Shown: positions 41,978 to 54,740 of the stretch, piece after piece | Layout: each line of letters opens with the position of its first letter | Numbering within the stretch: position 1 is the stretch's first letter | NCBI GenBank assembly: GCA_039630445.1 | Contig: JBCNVA010000141.1 | Location: forward strand, 347 to 64,346 | DNA length: 64,000 bases | Source: Armatimonadota bacterium | GTDB lineage: Bacteria; Armatimonadota; Fimbriimonadia; Fimbriimonadales; GBS-DC | Direction of reading: 5' to 3' | Made by a program: the position numbers and the translations under genes | Notes under the pieces: generated by a model | Database searches by the model: none | The model's input: the letters and a program-made list of their open reading frames with translations, nothing else | What the model was told of the DNA's origin: nothing

Positions 41978-42557
41978 AGGCGTCACGTGCCTCGCGATCG
42001 GTGCGTCCACCAAACAGCTCCGAATAGGTAATCGGCTTGCCGAAAGCGACTTTGACCTTGGCGAGGCGTGGCCACTTGGCGCCGCGGGGCATCGCCCGCT
42101 CGGTGCCGATGATGGCGGTGGGTAGCACGGGTGCTCCCGATTGACGCGCCAACAGCGTCGCGCCCGGCGTGGGCGGGAGCAGGTAGTCGCCCGTGCCACG
42201 CGTGCCCTCGATAAAGATCAGCACGGCGCGTCCTTCCTGGAGATAGCGCAACGCCGTGCGGATTGCACCCACATCTGCTATGCCTCGCTCCACAGGGAAG
42301 CCCCCCAGCCGGCGAATGAGCGCGCGCAATACGGGAATGCGAAACAGCTCCGCTTTGGCGACATAGCGCAACTCACGAGGGCACGCACACCCGATCAACG
42401 GCGGGTCCAGCGCGCTCAGATGATTGGAAGCCACCACCAGCGCGCCCTCCAGTGGCACATGCTGTTCGCCATACACCTCCAGACGAAACAGCAGCCGTGC
42501 CAACCCGCGCACCAGCACCCACCCGGCACGATAGAGCCAGTCGTCCGAGCGAACCAT
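41880..42557 (-). CDS. plsC: 1-acyl-sn-glycerol-3-phosphate acyltransferase family protein
   Basis: H-x4-D motif ASNHLSALD, and FIEGTRG. Confidence 0.82.
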   Translation of the reverse strand: MVRSDDWLYRAGWVLVRGLARLLFRLEVYGEQHVPLEGALVVASNHLSALDPPLIGCACPRELRYVAKAELFRIPVLRALIRRLGGFPVERGIADVGAIRTALRYLQEGRAVLIFIEGTRGTGDYLLPPTPGATLLARQSGAPVLPTAIIGTERAMPRGAKWPRLAKVKVAFGKPITYSELFGGRTDREARDAFTDYLMEQIAGLLHAMGHPIPRLHARSKARAE

Positions 42558-42560
42558 CGC

Positions 42561-42995
42561 CTACTCCTCGATGCGGAACTGGGAGCGCACCGTGACGGGC
42601 ACGCGCAAGGTAGCGGACGCCGAGCAGTACTTCTCATCCGAGAGGCGCACCGCGCGCTCCACCGCCGCAGGATCGAGGTTCTTGCCCTTCAGAATGTGTT
42701 CGATCACGACCTCTGTGAAGTGGCGGGGGTGTTCTGCACGGCGTTCTGCGTGGATGCGCACGCGATAGTCAGTCAGCTCCTGCTTCATCTTGCGCAGAAT
42801 CGCCACCACATCGAACGCGGTGCAGGCAGCGACCGCCAGCAGCAGATGCTCCATCGGGCGTGCTGCCACATCGTTGCCCCCCGCCTCAGGCGCCGCATCG
42901 AACAGAATCGTGTGCCCCGAAGTGGCAACTCCTTCAAATAGCATATTGCCCTTCCAAACCAGCTCGCCATCCATAGGTAAGGAGAGGATACCCAA
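42561..42995 (-). CDS. OsmC-family peroxiredoxin-like protein
   Basis: The two conserved Cys regions LLLAVAACTAFD and EKYCSASATL. Confidence 0.82.
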   Translation of the reverse strand: MGILSLPMDGELVWKGNMLFEGVATSGHTILFDAAPEAGGNDVAARPMEHLLLAVAACTAFDVVAILRKMKQELTDYRVRIHAERRAEHPRHFTEVVIEHILKGKNLDPAAVERAVRLSDEKYCSASATLRVPVTVRSQFRIEE

Positions 42996-43000
42996 TCAGG

Positions 43001-43321
43001 TTATTTGCCATTCGTTGTTCGTTCGCGCTCTTCCAACTCGGCGCGGCGCACGGCGAGGTAGAGGTTGATGCCTCGATTGGCAATCATACCGCCCACAATT
43101 GCCATTAGCACCAGCAGCAGGATGCCACGCAGGGCAGCCCAGATGCCCGTGGCAATCGCGCCCAAATTGGGGTTGTTGCCCCCCGCGCCCTGAAAGAGTC
43201 GTTGGGGAGGCGTCTGAAACATCCGATAAGCAAGCCAGAAGGCGATCAGCATCAGCCCGATGCCCGTCAGGAACACCGCCACCGATAGCAGCCGCCCGAG
43301 CCAGTCGCGATAGGGTTTCAT
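43001..43321 (-). CDS. small 3-helix membrane protein, unknown function
   Basis: 106 aa, hydrophobic segments. Start overlaps the stop of the HEAT gene (ATGA at 43318-43321). Confidence 0.55.
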   Translation of the reverse strand: MKPYRDWLGRLLSVAVFLTGIGLMLIAFWLAYRMFQTPPQRLFQGAGGNNPNLGAIATGIWAALRGILLLVLMAIVGGMIANRGINLYLAVRRAELEERERTTNGK

Positions 43322-44763
43322 GGCGAGAGTTGCATCAGCGCTTCGTGCGCGAGCTGGCGCAGGGCGTGGTCTGGCGCGTTCAGGGCTTGCTCAAAAAGGG
43401 GCTTGGCGGCATGGGTGCGACGCGCCTTGAGAGCGATCAGGGCGTATCGGCGCGTGGCAGGTTCCTGGGCCGCGCGTAGCAAAGCGGGTTCTGCCTCTGG
43501 AATCTGGCTCAGGGCAAGCGCTGCGAAGTAGGCAGCGGTGGGCAGCTCTGGGCTGTCTAATTGGCTGAATCGGCGCAGGGCATCCAGCAGGGCGGGCAGG
43601 GCAGGTTTGCCGATGCGGCTGAGGCTACGCACCGCACTCATCGCCACGCCGCCATCCGCAGCACGCAGCGCATCGATCAGGGCGGGCACGGCTTCAGGAC
43701 GCCCCACAACGCCCAGCGCATCAGCGGCAGCGCGCTGCACCCGCGCGTCAGGGTCACTCAGGGCGCGACGCAGTAGCTCCACCGAACGCGCCTCCGAGAT
43801 GCCGCTCAGCGCCGTCACAGCGCGCAGACGCACACTAACCCGAGAATCGCTCAATGCCTGCGCCAGCGCATCGAGGGCGCGCCCACCTGCTTTTTGCAAC
43901 CCTTGCGCCGCCGCATCCGCCACCTGCGAATCGAGGTCGCCCAGCGCATCGGTTAGCGCGCGAATTGCGCTCGGCGTGCCAATCTGACCCAGCCCCAGGG
44001 CGACTTGTGCGCGCGCATCAGGATCCTCCGACGGCGAACGCAACGCCTCTATCAGGATCGACTCGGTGCGTGGGTCAGCGATACTACCAAGCGCGACCAG
44101 CACGATGCGCCGCTTTTCGGTAGGCAGGTTCAGATAGGGCAGCAGGGCATCGGTGGCGCGGCGGTCGCCGATGCGTCCCAGCGCGGTGATGGCATCCAGC
44201 TTCAGCCCCTCATCGGTTGCCCGATTGAGGATGTCAAGCAGTCCGGGCACACTGACGCTGCCGAACTGAACCAGCACCTCGGCGGCGGCAGAGCGGGCGT
44301 CAGCATTCTCAAACGCTTTGAGCGCGACGGGCAAGCAGCGTATGCCCAACTGTACCATCACCTTCACGGTGCCGTTTTTCACATTTGCATCGGGATTTTT
44401 CAGCCCTTCGGCAAGCGCATCTAAGTTCTCACCTCCAATTTTGAGCAGTACCTGCAGGAAGCGGTCGCGCACACGCGGTTCTGGGTCGCGCAGCATAGCA
44501 AGTGCCACTTTCACGCCGACGGCGTTATTGAGGCTCTCTGCTCCAAGTGCCACACGCAGGCGTCGAGGCGGACGACGCGACTGAATAAGGTCAAAAAAAT
44601 CTTCCCGTTCCGAAAGCAGAGTGAGGGCGCGTTTTTGCTTTTCCAAGTCGCGTCCCGTCGCCTCCTCGATTAGGCGGTTGGTGACAATATTGTTCCAGAT
44701 GGCGCTGCCGATGATGAAGGCGACGACAGCCCCGAACAAGATGCGAGCGATCCACTGGCTCAT
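43318..44763 (-). CDS. membrane-anchored HEAT-repeat (PBS-lyase HEAT-like) protein
   Basis: N-terminal TM (ILFGAVVAFIIGSAIW), then more than 10 repeats of the type D.D..VR..AA.ALG.IG...A...L...L. Confidence 0.75.
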   Translation of the reverse strand: MSQWIARILFGAVVAFIIGSAIWNNIVTNRLIEEATGRDLEKQKRALTLLSEREDFFDLIQSRRPPRRLRVALGAESLNNAVGVKVALAMLRDPEPRVRDRFLQVLLKIGGENLDALAEGLKNPDANVKNGTVKVMVQLGIRCLPVALKAFENADARSAAAEVLVQFGSVSVPGLLDILNRATDEGLKLDAITALGRIGDRRATDALLPYLNLPTEKRRIVLVALGSIADPRTESILIEALRSPSEDPDARAQVALGLGQIGTPSAIRALTDALGDLDSQVADAAAQGLQKAGGRALDALAQALSDSRVSVRLRAVTALSGISEARSVELLRRALSDPDARVQRAAADALGVVGRPEAVPALIDALRAADGGVAMSAVRSLSRIGKPALPALLDALRRFSQLDSPELPTAAYFAALALSQIPEAEPALLRAAQEPATRRYALIALKARRTHAAKPLFEQALNAPDHALRQLAHEALMQLSP

Positions 44764-45845
44764 CGGATGGTAGGATTCGTAGGCGGCGGTAAGTTTCCTG
44801 TTGGTGAGCTACCTGTAGGCAGCGGCACAGCAGGGTTCCACCAGACACTGGCAGCGCTGAATATCGCTTCGATCTGCGCCTCGGTCAGCGTGTGCACATC
44901 GGGGGGTAGCATCACGCGCCCGATTTCGGCTGAGAAGAGCAGGGTGTCCGCCCCGCCTGTGCTGGGCGTGAGAACCGTGATGATGAGGCTCTGCAGACTG
45001 GGTGCCTGCTCCAGCGCGACGGAGGCGACAAGCAGGGCTTCTTGCATCACGCGCGTCCGAGTGAGCGCGCCCGCCTGGATGCGTGTGCGCACCGTCCAAC
45101 GGTTGGTTAACGGATCGAACAGACACCAGACAGGCAAGCCATTCAGTCGCTGGCTAATCGCACGCGCCAGCTGCTCCTCGGTCTCACTCATACCGCTGAA
45201 GGGTGGCGCGGCATTTAGGGCATCCTTATCTGGCTCAGCGGGCGGCTGGGTGGGAGGCGGGATGGCTGGCGAGTTTGTGTTGCGCCCTGTGGCGTTGTCG
45301 GAGGGCTTTGCGAGAGTGGTCTGCTCGGTGGCTGCGAGTGTGAGGCGCTGTCCCGCCACAAAGGCAGATGCAACGACAATCAGCACCAATAGACTCCCCA
45401 ACACATAGACCCAGACGCGCGTCGAGGGCGCGCTCGCGGGCGGAGCAGGTGGTGTTGCCGTCGGCGCTTGCTGTGCCGTCTGCATCGCGCGCAGATTGTC
45501 CAACTTCGCTCGATAGACAGAATTGTTCGGCGCGAGATCGACCAGTAGCTCGTACCACTGGATGGCATCAGGCAGCTTGCCCTGATCGGCGTAGATGTCG
45601 CCCAGCAGGGCATGGGCGGTTTCGTTGCTGGGGTAGCGCCTCAGGATACCGAGGCAGACCTCGACAGCCTCCTCGTAACGCCCCTGCATCCGCAACAAGT
45701 TCGCCCGCGCGATTTCGGGATAGACCTCGCGGTCAGAACCCTCGGCATAGAGGGGATCCGTCGTGTCCTCGCGCAGGCGCGCCCCACACTCCATGCAGAA
45801 CGCGCTGGTGTCAGGTATTTCCGCAAAGCACTTGGAGCAGACCAT
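44760..45845 (-). CDS. zinc-ribbon + TPR + single-TM protein with extracytoplasmic C-terminal domain
   Basis: MVCSKCFAEIPDTSAFCMECGARL (C-x2-C...C-x2-C), TPR-like region, TM VWVYVLGSLLVLIVVASAFVA. ORF track TTG 45875. I prefer ATG 45845, which lies 10 nt after a minus-strand TATAAT. Confidence 0.7.
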   Translation of the reverse strand: MVCSKCFAEIPDTSAFCMECGARLREDTTDPLYAEGSDREVYPEIARANLLRMQGRYEEAVEVCLGILRRYPSNETAHALLGDIYADQGKLPDAIQWYELLVDLAPNNSVYRAKLDNLRAMQTAQQAPTATPPAPPASAPSTRVWVYVLGSLLVLIVVASAFVAGQRLTLAATEQTTLAKPSDNATGRNTNSPAIPPPTQPPAEPDKDALNAAPPFSGMSETEEQLARAISQRLNGLPVWCLFDPLTNRWTVRTRIQAGALTRTRVMQEALLVASVALEQAPSLQSLIITVLTPSTGGADTLLFSAEIGRVMLPPDVHTLTEAQIEAIFSAASVWWNPAVPLPTGSSPTGNLPPPTNPTIR

Positions 45846-45855
45846 CGCAGTTTTA

Positions 45856-45861
45856 ATTATA
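45856..45861 (-). promoter_or_regulatory. -10 hexamer TATAAT (minus strand), 10 nt upstream of ATG 45845
   Basis: Minus strand reads caggcTATAATtaaaactgcgATGgtc. Confidence 0.45.
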
Positions 45862-46027
45862 GCCTGTTGCTGCAAGTGCTGTTCCGCTGATGAGGCGCAG
45901 TTGCGTCAGTTGGTGGAGGCGTTTCTTGCCCAGCGTGCGCCGTGCGTTGCCAAGCGTCCGACGCCGGCATGGTAGGGCGGAGCGCAGGCACTGCGGGAGC
46001 GCTATACTTCGGTAGAACTTCAGCGGG

Positions 46028-49153
<3,126 letters not shown>

Positions 49154-49402
49154 CTAACCAACCTCAGTATCCAGAGGGGCAAAGCTAATGTTTTCCAATG
49201 CCTTAGCTGCAAACAGCAGGCAGGCGCGGATATCATCAGGCGTCAAACCCTCGTACTCCTGAAGGATCTCCTCTATGGTCATCCCACTTGCCAGCAGGTG
49301 CAGAATGTAGGCAACGCTAAGGCGCGTGCCACAAATGACAGGTTGCCCCGCCAATACGCGCGGGTCACTGGTGATGCGCTCTATTAGTGCCTTGCGTTCC
49401 AT
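49154..49402 (-). CDS. DUF433-family putative antitoxin
   Basis: ITSDPRVLAGQPVICGTRLSVAYILHLLASGMTIEEILQEY. Abuts the DUF5615 gene with no gap. Confidence 0.75.
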   Translation of the reverse strand: MERKALIERITSDPRVLAGQPVICGTRLSVAYILHLLASGMTIEEILQEYEGLTPDDIRACLLFAAKALENISFAPLDTEVG

Positions 49403-49492
49403 ATGGGTTCACTCGCGAAGGGATTATACCCAAAGACATGCATTTCCTGTTGCCACACCAATCCTCAGCACCCAAGTCCAGCAGGCAACACT

Positions 49493-49732
49493 TCATTTAG
49501 GTTCCTCACCCACTTGTACACCTTGTGCCAGCGCGTGGCGCAACGCTTGCCACTCCTCGTCAGGCATGTCTGCCAAGATGCCCGCAAAGAGCAGGATGTC
49601 TAACTTCTGTTCATCTGGTCGTGTAGGGATTAGCACGATAACCTCCTGATCTATCGGCTCAGGCACAGGTTCCAGCAAGCGCACAATCGTGCCTTCAGCA
49701 CGCCCTTTGATGGCTCGCATCGGTATACCCAC
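49493..49732 (-). CDS. small hypothetical protein (antitoxin-like N-terminal beta-strand region)
   Basis: 79 aa. IKGRAEGTIVRLLEPVPEPIDQEVIVLI resembles small antitoxin-type (DUF104-like) proteins; this is weak. GTG start 8 nt after a minus-strand TATACT. Confidence 0.45.
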   Translation of the reverse strand: MGIPMRAIKGRAEGTIVRLLEPVPEPIDQEVIVLIPTRPDEQKLDILLFAGILADMPDEEWQALRHALAQGVQVGEEPK

Positions 49733-49800
49733 CTACAGGAAGTATACCTCCGCCTGAAGGACACCTGGTTCCTAACCTCCATCCAATACCAATATGGCTT

Positions 49801-51354
49801 CTACTCTTGCTTCACAACCTGTGGGGTGCTGGGTGTCACTTGCTGCACCCACTGCGCCGCGGCTGGCTCCAGTGGCTGTGTGAAGCTAATGGGGCGCAAT
49901 CCGATCCAGAAAATCAGCACAATCAGTGGCAGCACCAGCGCCAGCTCTGCAGGCGTCAGGTCACGCACCGGGCGCCGTCGCTCGGGAACAGGACCGTAAA
50001 ACACGCGCTGGAACATCCAGAGCATATAGACCACTGACAGAATCGTGCCTGTAGCGCCCAGCACTACCCAGAGCGTGGCGACCTGTCCAAGATGCGCCGC
50101 CTGATACGCCCCCAATAAACACAGAAATTCACCGATGAAGCCATTTGTGCCCGGCAGAGCAACCGATGCCAGCATCACTATCAGAAACAAGGCGGCAAAG
50201 CGTGGCATCTGTGCCTTCAGCCCGCCCAGTTTGTCGATCTCCAGCGTGCGCGTGCGCCAGGAGAGCATGCCTAACAGCAGGAACATCGCGCCCATCGTCA
50301 CGCCATGATTGAGCTGCTGAAGCACGCTACCCGTGAACCCCGTCCGATTGAGCGCAAACAGCCCCATCATGATAAATCCTGCGTGGCTGACTACGGCATA
50401 GAGAGCGACCTGCTTCATATCGAACTGCATGGTGGCGGCGATTGCAGCGTAAACCACCGCGATCGCCGCCAACGCCATGCCCAGCGGGGCGAACGCCTGC
50501 GCCGCTTCGGGGAACAGGGGCAACGCGAAGCGCAAAAAGGCATACGCGCCTGTCTTCAGAAAGATGACCACCACAGGAATGGGTGCCTCCCCCATCGCCA
50601 CGGGCCACCATGTGTGGAACGGCACGAGGGGTAATTTCACCGCGAACGCCAGCGCGAAGCCTAAAAAGAGCCACTTCTGCGCATCCAGCGGGATGCCGCC
50701 CTGCGCCACAAACGCCTGCAGGCGCATCAGCTCGAAGGTCATCTCGCCCGTCGCCCGATAATGGGCGAATGCCAACCAGAGTGCCGCCAGCAACATAAAC
50801 AGCGAGCCAAAAAAGGTGTACAGAAAGAACTTCAGCGCGGCATAGCTGCGGCGCTCACCACCCCAAAGCGCGATCAGAAAGTAGGTCGGCACCAAGGTCA
50901 GCTCAAAAAAGACATAAAACAGGATCAGATCCAGCGCCATAAAGACGCCCAGCAGTGCCGTTTCCAGCAGGAGCAAGTGAAACAGGAACTCGCGCGTGCG
51001 TTCTGGGGCGCCAATCCCGCCTGAGGCAGCGGGGGCGAGGCTCACATACGCGACCGCCAGCACGCCCAGCAGCGCGGTCAGCGCAATCAGCCACAGGCTT
51101 ACCCCATCGATGCCCAGCAGGTAGGCGACACCGTAATCGGGTAGCCAGGGTACGCGCTCCACGAACTGATAGCCTGTTGCACGGGGTTCAAAGTTCACAA
51201 TCAGCACGCCCGTCAAGCCCAGCGTGACCAGCGCAGCCACCATCGCCACTGCGCACGCCAGCACGCGCTGACCCCGCGGCACAAGCAGCACCAGTACCGC
51301 CCCTATCAGCGGCATCCAGAGCGTCCAGCTCAGTATCTTGGTTGCCCAGTCCAT
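49801..51354 (-). CDS. NuoM/NdhD-type proton-translocating membrane subunit (complex I subunit 4 family), isolated from any nuo operon
   Basis: 517 aa with about 14 TM. LGIDGVSLWLIALTALL and the central WLP.AM-type region are typical of PF00361 proteins. Confidence 0.8.
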   Translation of the reverse strand: MDWATKILSWTLWMPLIGAVLVLLVPRGQRVLACAVAMVAALVTLGLTGVLIVNFEPRATGYQFVERVPWLPDYGVAYLLGIDGVSLWLIALTALLGVLAVAYVSLAPAASGGIGAPERTREFLFHLLLLETALLGVFMALDLILFYVFFELTLVPTYFLIALWGGERRSYAALKFFLYTFFGSLFMLLAALWLAFAHYRATGEMTFELMRLQAFVAQGGIPLDAQKWLFLGFALAFAVKLPLVPFHTWWPVAMGEAPIPVVVIFLKTGAYAFLRFALPLFPEAAQAFAPLGMALAAIAVVYAAIAATMQFDMKQVALYAVVSHAGFIMMGLFALNRTGFTGSVLQQLNHGVTMGAMFLLLGMLSWRTRTLEIDKLGGLKAQMPRFAALFLIVMLASVALPGTNGFIGEFLCLLGAYQAAHLGQVATLWVVLGATGTILSVVYMLWMFQRVFYGPVPERRRPVRDLTPAELALVLPLIVLIFWIGLRPISFTQPLEPAAAQWVQQVTPSTPQVVKQE

Positions 51355-51419
51355 CGCCAGCCAATTCTACCTGCCCTGTGGATGCTCAAGCGTGCGGGTG
51401 CGTTCGCTACCCTGCAGGA

Positions 51420-52310
51420 TCAATCCGCGCCCGTACCTTCCTCCGCGAACATTCTGCCCTCAAACACTTCCACAGCGGGTCCCGTCATCAGCAGCTGGTT
51501 ATCCTCGCGCCATTCGATGAGCAGCTCCCCACCAGGCATGCGGATGGTGGCACGCCGTTCGAGCAAGCCCAACAGATGCCCAACGACCAGCGTGGCGCAT
51601 GCACCCGTGCCGCAGGCGAGCGTTGCGCCCGCGCCCCGCTCCCAAGTGCGCACGATGGCGTAATCGGGGCGCACCACTTGCGCTACCTGCACATTCGTTC
51701 GCTCTGGGAAGAGGGGGTGGTGTTCAATAGCGGGTCCAAGTGTTTCCAGGGGGAACTTTGTCACATCCTCCACGAACAGCACGGCATGGGGCGTGCCGGT
51801 GTTGACTGCGCTAAGCCGTAGCGTGTGCCCCACCACCTGCACAGGCTCCTGCAGCATCGGCTGATGGGGCGGCTCGCTCCGCACAGGCACTTCACTACGT
51901 GCAAGGCGCGGTGCGCCCATCTCGACGGTCAGCAGGCGTCCCGTCTCGTCAGCACGATGCACGCCCCGCACGCCTGCACCCGTTTCGATAGGGAGGCTCT
52001 TGGCGTGAGGTTCGTAGCGCATCAGCAGGTAGCGGGCGAAGCAGCGGATGCCGTTGCCGCACATCTCCGCCTCGCTGCCGTCGGGGTTGAAAATCCGCAT
52101 GCGGTAAGGCGCATGTTGCCCGCGCTCAACAACGAGCAGCCCATCCGCGCCGATACCGAATCGGCGGTCGCACAGGCGCACCGCCCATCGACCCCAATCG
52201 ATAGGAGTCCCCTCCTGCCCCATCCACCAGCCGTGTGCGGAGTCGAGCGCGTCGATCAGCACAAAGTCGTTGCCATTCCCCTGCAGCTTGCAGAAAGTGC
52301 GCACCCTCAC
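51420..52310 (-). CDS. dapF: diaminopimelate epimerase
   Basis: [13 protein letters not shown]...MCGNGIRC...ACGTGA (two catalytic Cys). GTG start overlaps the hfq stop. Confidence 0.93.
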   Translation of the reverse strand: MRVRTFCKLQGNGNDFVLIDALDSAHGWWMGQEGTPIDWGRWAVRLCDRRFGIGADGLLVVERGQHAPYRMRIFNPDGSEAEMCGNGIRCFARYLLMRYEPHAKSLPIETGAGVRGVHRADETGRLLTVEMGAPRLARSEVPVRSEPPHQPMLQEPVQVVGHTLRLSAVNTGTPHAVLFVEDVTKFPLETLGPAIEHHPLFPERTNVQVAQVVRPDYAIVRTWERGAGATLACGTGACATLVVGHLLGLLERRATIRMPGGELLIEWREDNQLLMTGPAVEVFEGRMFAEEGTGAD

Positions 52311-52570
52311 TCCTCAAACTCGCCCGGCTCCTGCTGGGCGCGGCCAGGACCGTAGCCCGCCACCGGTCGCGACGGCACAATCGTCGTGATGGCGTGCTTA
52401 TAGACCAGCTGAACGGGCTTGCCGGGGCTTTCCAGCAGGACGGTGAACGCATCAAAACCGCGTACAACCCCTCGCAGCTGGATGCCTCCGCTGAGGTAGA
52501 CGGTGACGCCGATACCTTCCTTGCGCACCTGATTCAAAAACATATCCTGCAAGTTAATCGCCTTCGCCAT
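52307..52570 (-). CDS. hfq: RNA chaperone Hfq
   Basis: [42 protein letters not shown]...[13 protein letters not shown] (Sm1/Sm2). ATG 52570 preceded by GGGAGGG. ORF track start 52594. Confidence 0.93.
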   Translation of the reverse strand: MAKAINLQDMFLNQVRKEGIGVTVYLSGGIQLRGVVRGFDAFTVLLESPGKPVQLVYKHAITTIVPSRPVAGYGPGRAQQEPGEFEE

Positions 52571-53576
52571 CGCATAACCCTCCCTGCTCTGCAATCATTC
52601 GCACAATCATCTGGGCGGTCGCCTCCACGCCGACACTGGCGTCGAGCCAGTGAACGCCCGGTTCCCGACGGAACCAGGTCATCTGACGCTTTGCGAAGCG
52701 GCGCGTGTCGCGTTTCCACTGCCGAACCGCCTCATCCAGCCCCATTTCACCCATCAGATGGGCGATCAGGTGGCGATAGCCCAGCCCTTTGAGGGCAGGC
52801 AGGTCTTTATTGTACCCTTTCGAAAGCAGATTCTGCACCTCGTGTAGGAATCCTTGCGCCATCATCTGGTCGACCCGCGCATCGATGCGGCGGTAAAGCA
52901 GCGGGCGCGGCATAGTCAGCCCGAACTTGAGCGCAGGTAGCTCCGACTCGGCACGCGCTTGCCACGCGCTGATGGGTTGACCTGTCATTTCGTACACCTC
53001 CAGCGCACGGATGATGCGGACCGCATCGTTCGGATGGATGCGTGCCGCCGCTTGAGGGTCAACCTTCTGTAGCCGCTCGTAGAGGGTATGCAAGCCCTGT
53101 TGCTGTGCTTGCTGTTGCAGCTGTCGACGCAACTCTGGATCGCGGGGTGGTGGCGCGAGGCTGAAGCCGTGCAGCAAGACCCGCAGATACAGCCCTGTGC
53201 CGCCCACTATTAGCACACGCTTGCCACGCGCCTGAATGTCGCGAATCGCCTCAAGTGCCAGCTCGCGGAACTTCGCGGCTGTAAAGGGTTCATCGGGATC
53301 TGCCACATCAATCAGATGGAAACGGACACGGGCACGCTCGGCAGGGGTTGGTTTGGCGGTGCCGATGTCCATCCCGCGATAGACCGCCGCTGAATCGGCG
53401 GAGATAATCTCGGCATCGATGCACTCCGCCACCTGCAGCCCCACCTCCGTCTTGCCCACCGCCGTCGGACCCAGAATCACATAGAGCAGCTCAGAGACCT
53501 GTTGCCTCCCTGGTGTCCGCAGCAGCGGTTCCGTGCGTGCCTCTACCGTTGCCACCTGCCCTAAGTCTACCCTCAA
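52554..53576 (-). CDS. miaA: tRNA dimethylallyltransferase
   Basis: [11 protein letters not shown]-loop, then [19 protein letters not shown] start as in the ORF track. The N-terminus is ~25 aa longer than usual, so the true start may lie downstream. Confidence 0.9.
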   Translation of the reverse strand: MRVDLGQVATVEARTEPLLRTPGRQQVSELLYVILGPTAVGKTEVGLQVAECIDAEIISADSAAVYRGMDIGTAKPTPAERARVRFHLIDVADPDEPFTAAKFRELALEAIRDIQARGKRVLIVGGTGLYLRVLLHGFSLAPPPRDPELRRQLQQQAQQQGLHTLYERLQKVDPQAAARIHPNDAVRIIRALEVYEMTGQPISAWQARAESELPALKFGLTMPRPLLYRRIDARVDQMMAQGFLHEVQNLLSKGYNKDLPALKGLGYRHLIAHLMGEMGLDEAVRQWKRDTRRFAKRQMTWFRREPGVHWLDASVGVEATAQMIVRMIAEQGGLCDGEGD

Positions 53577-53600
53577 GGAGTCCGGGCAAGCCTGAAAGGT

Positions 53601-54710
53601 TTATTCGCGATTCAGCGCGTTGAGGAGGAACGCCACCTGCTGTTCCGCGTAGCGGCGGGCGTAGTCGAGGTCAGAAGCGGCGATTTTAGGTGGCTCGTGG
53701 TCGGTGAGGGTGGGGATCCGATCATGCCAGCGGAATTGGGGAGGTGTCTCATCAGGCAGCTCAACGCCAGCCAAAGTCGCAACAGCCAGCGTCCACATGC
53801 GCGGCACGGTGGTCAGGTTATAGCCACCGCCACCTAAGGCAACAGTGGGCAGACCAAGCGAGCGCGCCCATTCCACCGCTCGCAGCCAGCCCTGCGCGGT
53901 CAGGTTCAGATGACCCAGCGGGTCTAAGTAGTGCGGATCGGCGCCCATCTGCAACACCAGCGCGTCGGGTTGGAATCGTTCAAACGCGCGAGGCACTACC
54001 TGCTGGAACGCCCACCACCAGATCTCATCATCTGTTTCAGGCGCAAGCGGAATGTTGATCGATGTGCCCCACGCCTCGCCTTCACCCAGCTCATTCGCAA
54101 AGCCTGTGCCCGGAAAGAGCCACCTGCCCCCCTCGTGAATGGAAACTGTCAGCACCGTCGGATCGCGATAGAAAATCCACTGCACGCCATCGCCATGATG
54201 CAGATCTATATCCAGATAGGCGACACGCTCGAACCGCTCACGCAGGATAACGATTGCGATGGCGGGGTCGTTGAAAACACAGAAGCCGCTGGCGCGATCG
54301 GGCAGGGCGTGGTGAAGCCCGCCTCCCATGCTGAAGGCGAGCAGTTCCCCATCACGCACGGCATAAGCGGCTTCCACTGTGGCGCTCACATAAGCAAGTG
54401 CGGCTTCCCACATCCCAATAAAGGGTGGGTTGTCGCCAAAGGGTGAGAAGCCCCAACGATGCATGTCCATCACAGGTTCGCCCGTGCTGATGATTTTCAC
54501 CATCTCCACATAGCGGGGCGTATGGACTCGCAGGATCTCCGCTGTTACCTGCTCCTCCGAAAGGGAAGGCGCTTTCAGCTGCAGCGCGGACTCGAACAGC
54601 CCATACGCCTCCATTAGCTCCATCATCAGGCGCAGGCGCATGGGCTTCAGCGGGTGCGACTCCGAAAATTGGTACTGTTCCAGCTGGTTGGTATACAGAA
54701 AAGGCGCCAT
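53601..54710 (-). CDS. histone-deacetylase-family protein (AcuC / acetoin utilization-type deacetylase)
   Basis: GGGLHHA, FCVFND, DIDLHHGDGVQ. Confidence 0.88.
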   Translation of the reverse strand: MAPFLYTNQLEQYQFSESHPLKPMRLRLMMELMEAYGLFESALQLKAPSLSEEQVTAEILRVHTPRYVEMVKIISTGEPVMDMHRWGFSPFGDNPPFIGMWEAALAYVSATVEAAYAVRDGELLAFSMGGGLHHALPDRASGFCVFNDPAIAIVILRERFERVAYLDIDLHHGDGVQWIFYRDPTVLTVSIHEGGRWLFPGTGFANELGEGEAWGTSINIPLAPETDDEIWWWAFQQVVPRAFERFQPDALVLQMGADPHYLDPLGHLNLTAQGWLRAVEWARSLGLPTVALGGGGYNLTTVPRMWTLAVATLAGVELPDETPPQFRWHDRIPTLTDHEPPKIAASDLDYARRYAEQQVAFLLNALNRE

Positions 54711-54740
54711 CGCAGTTCCCCCACTTTGGCTGCATGATAC

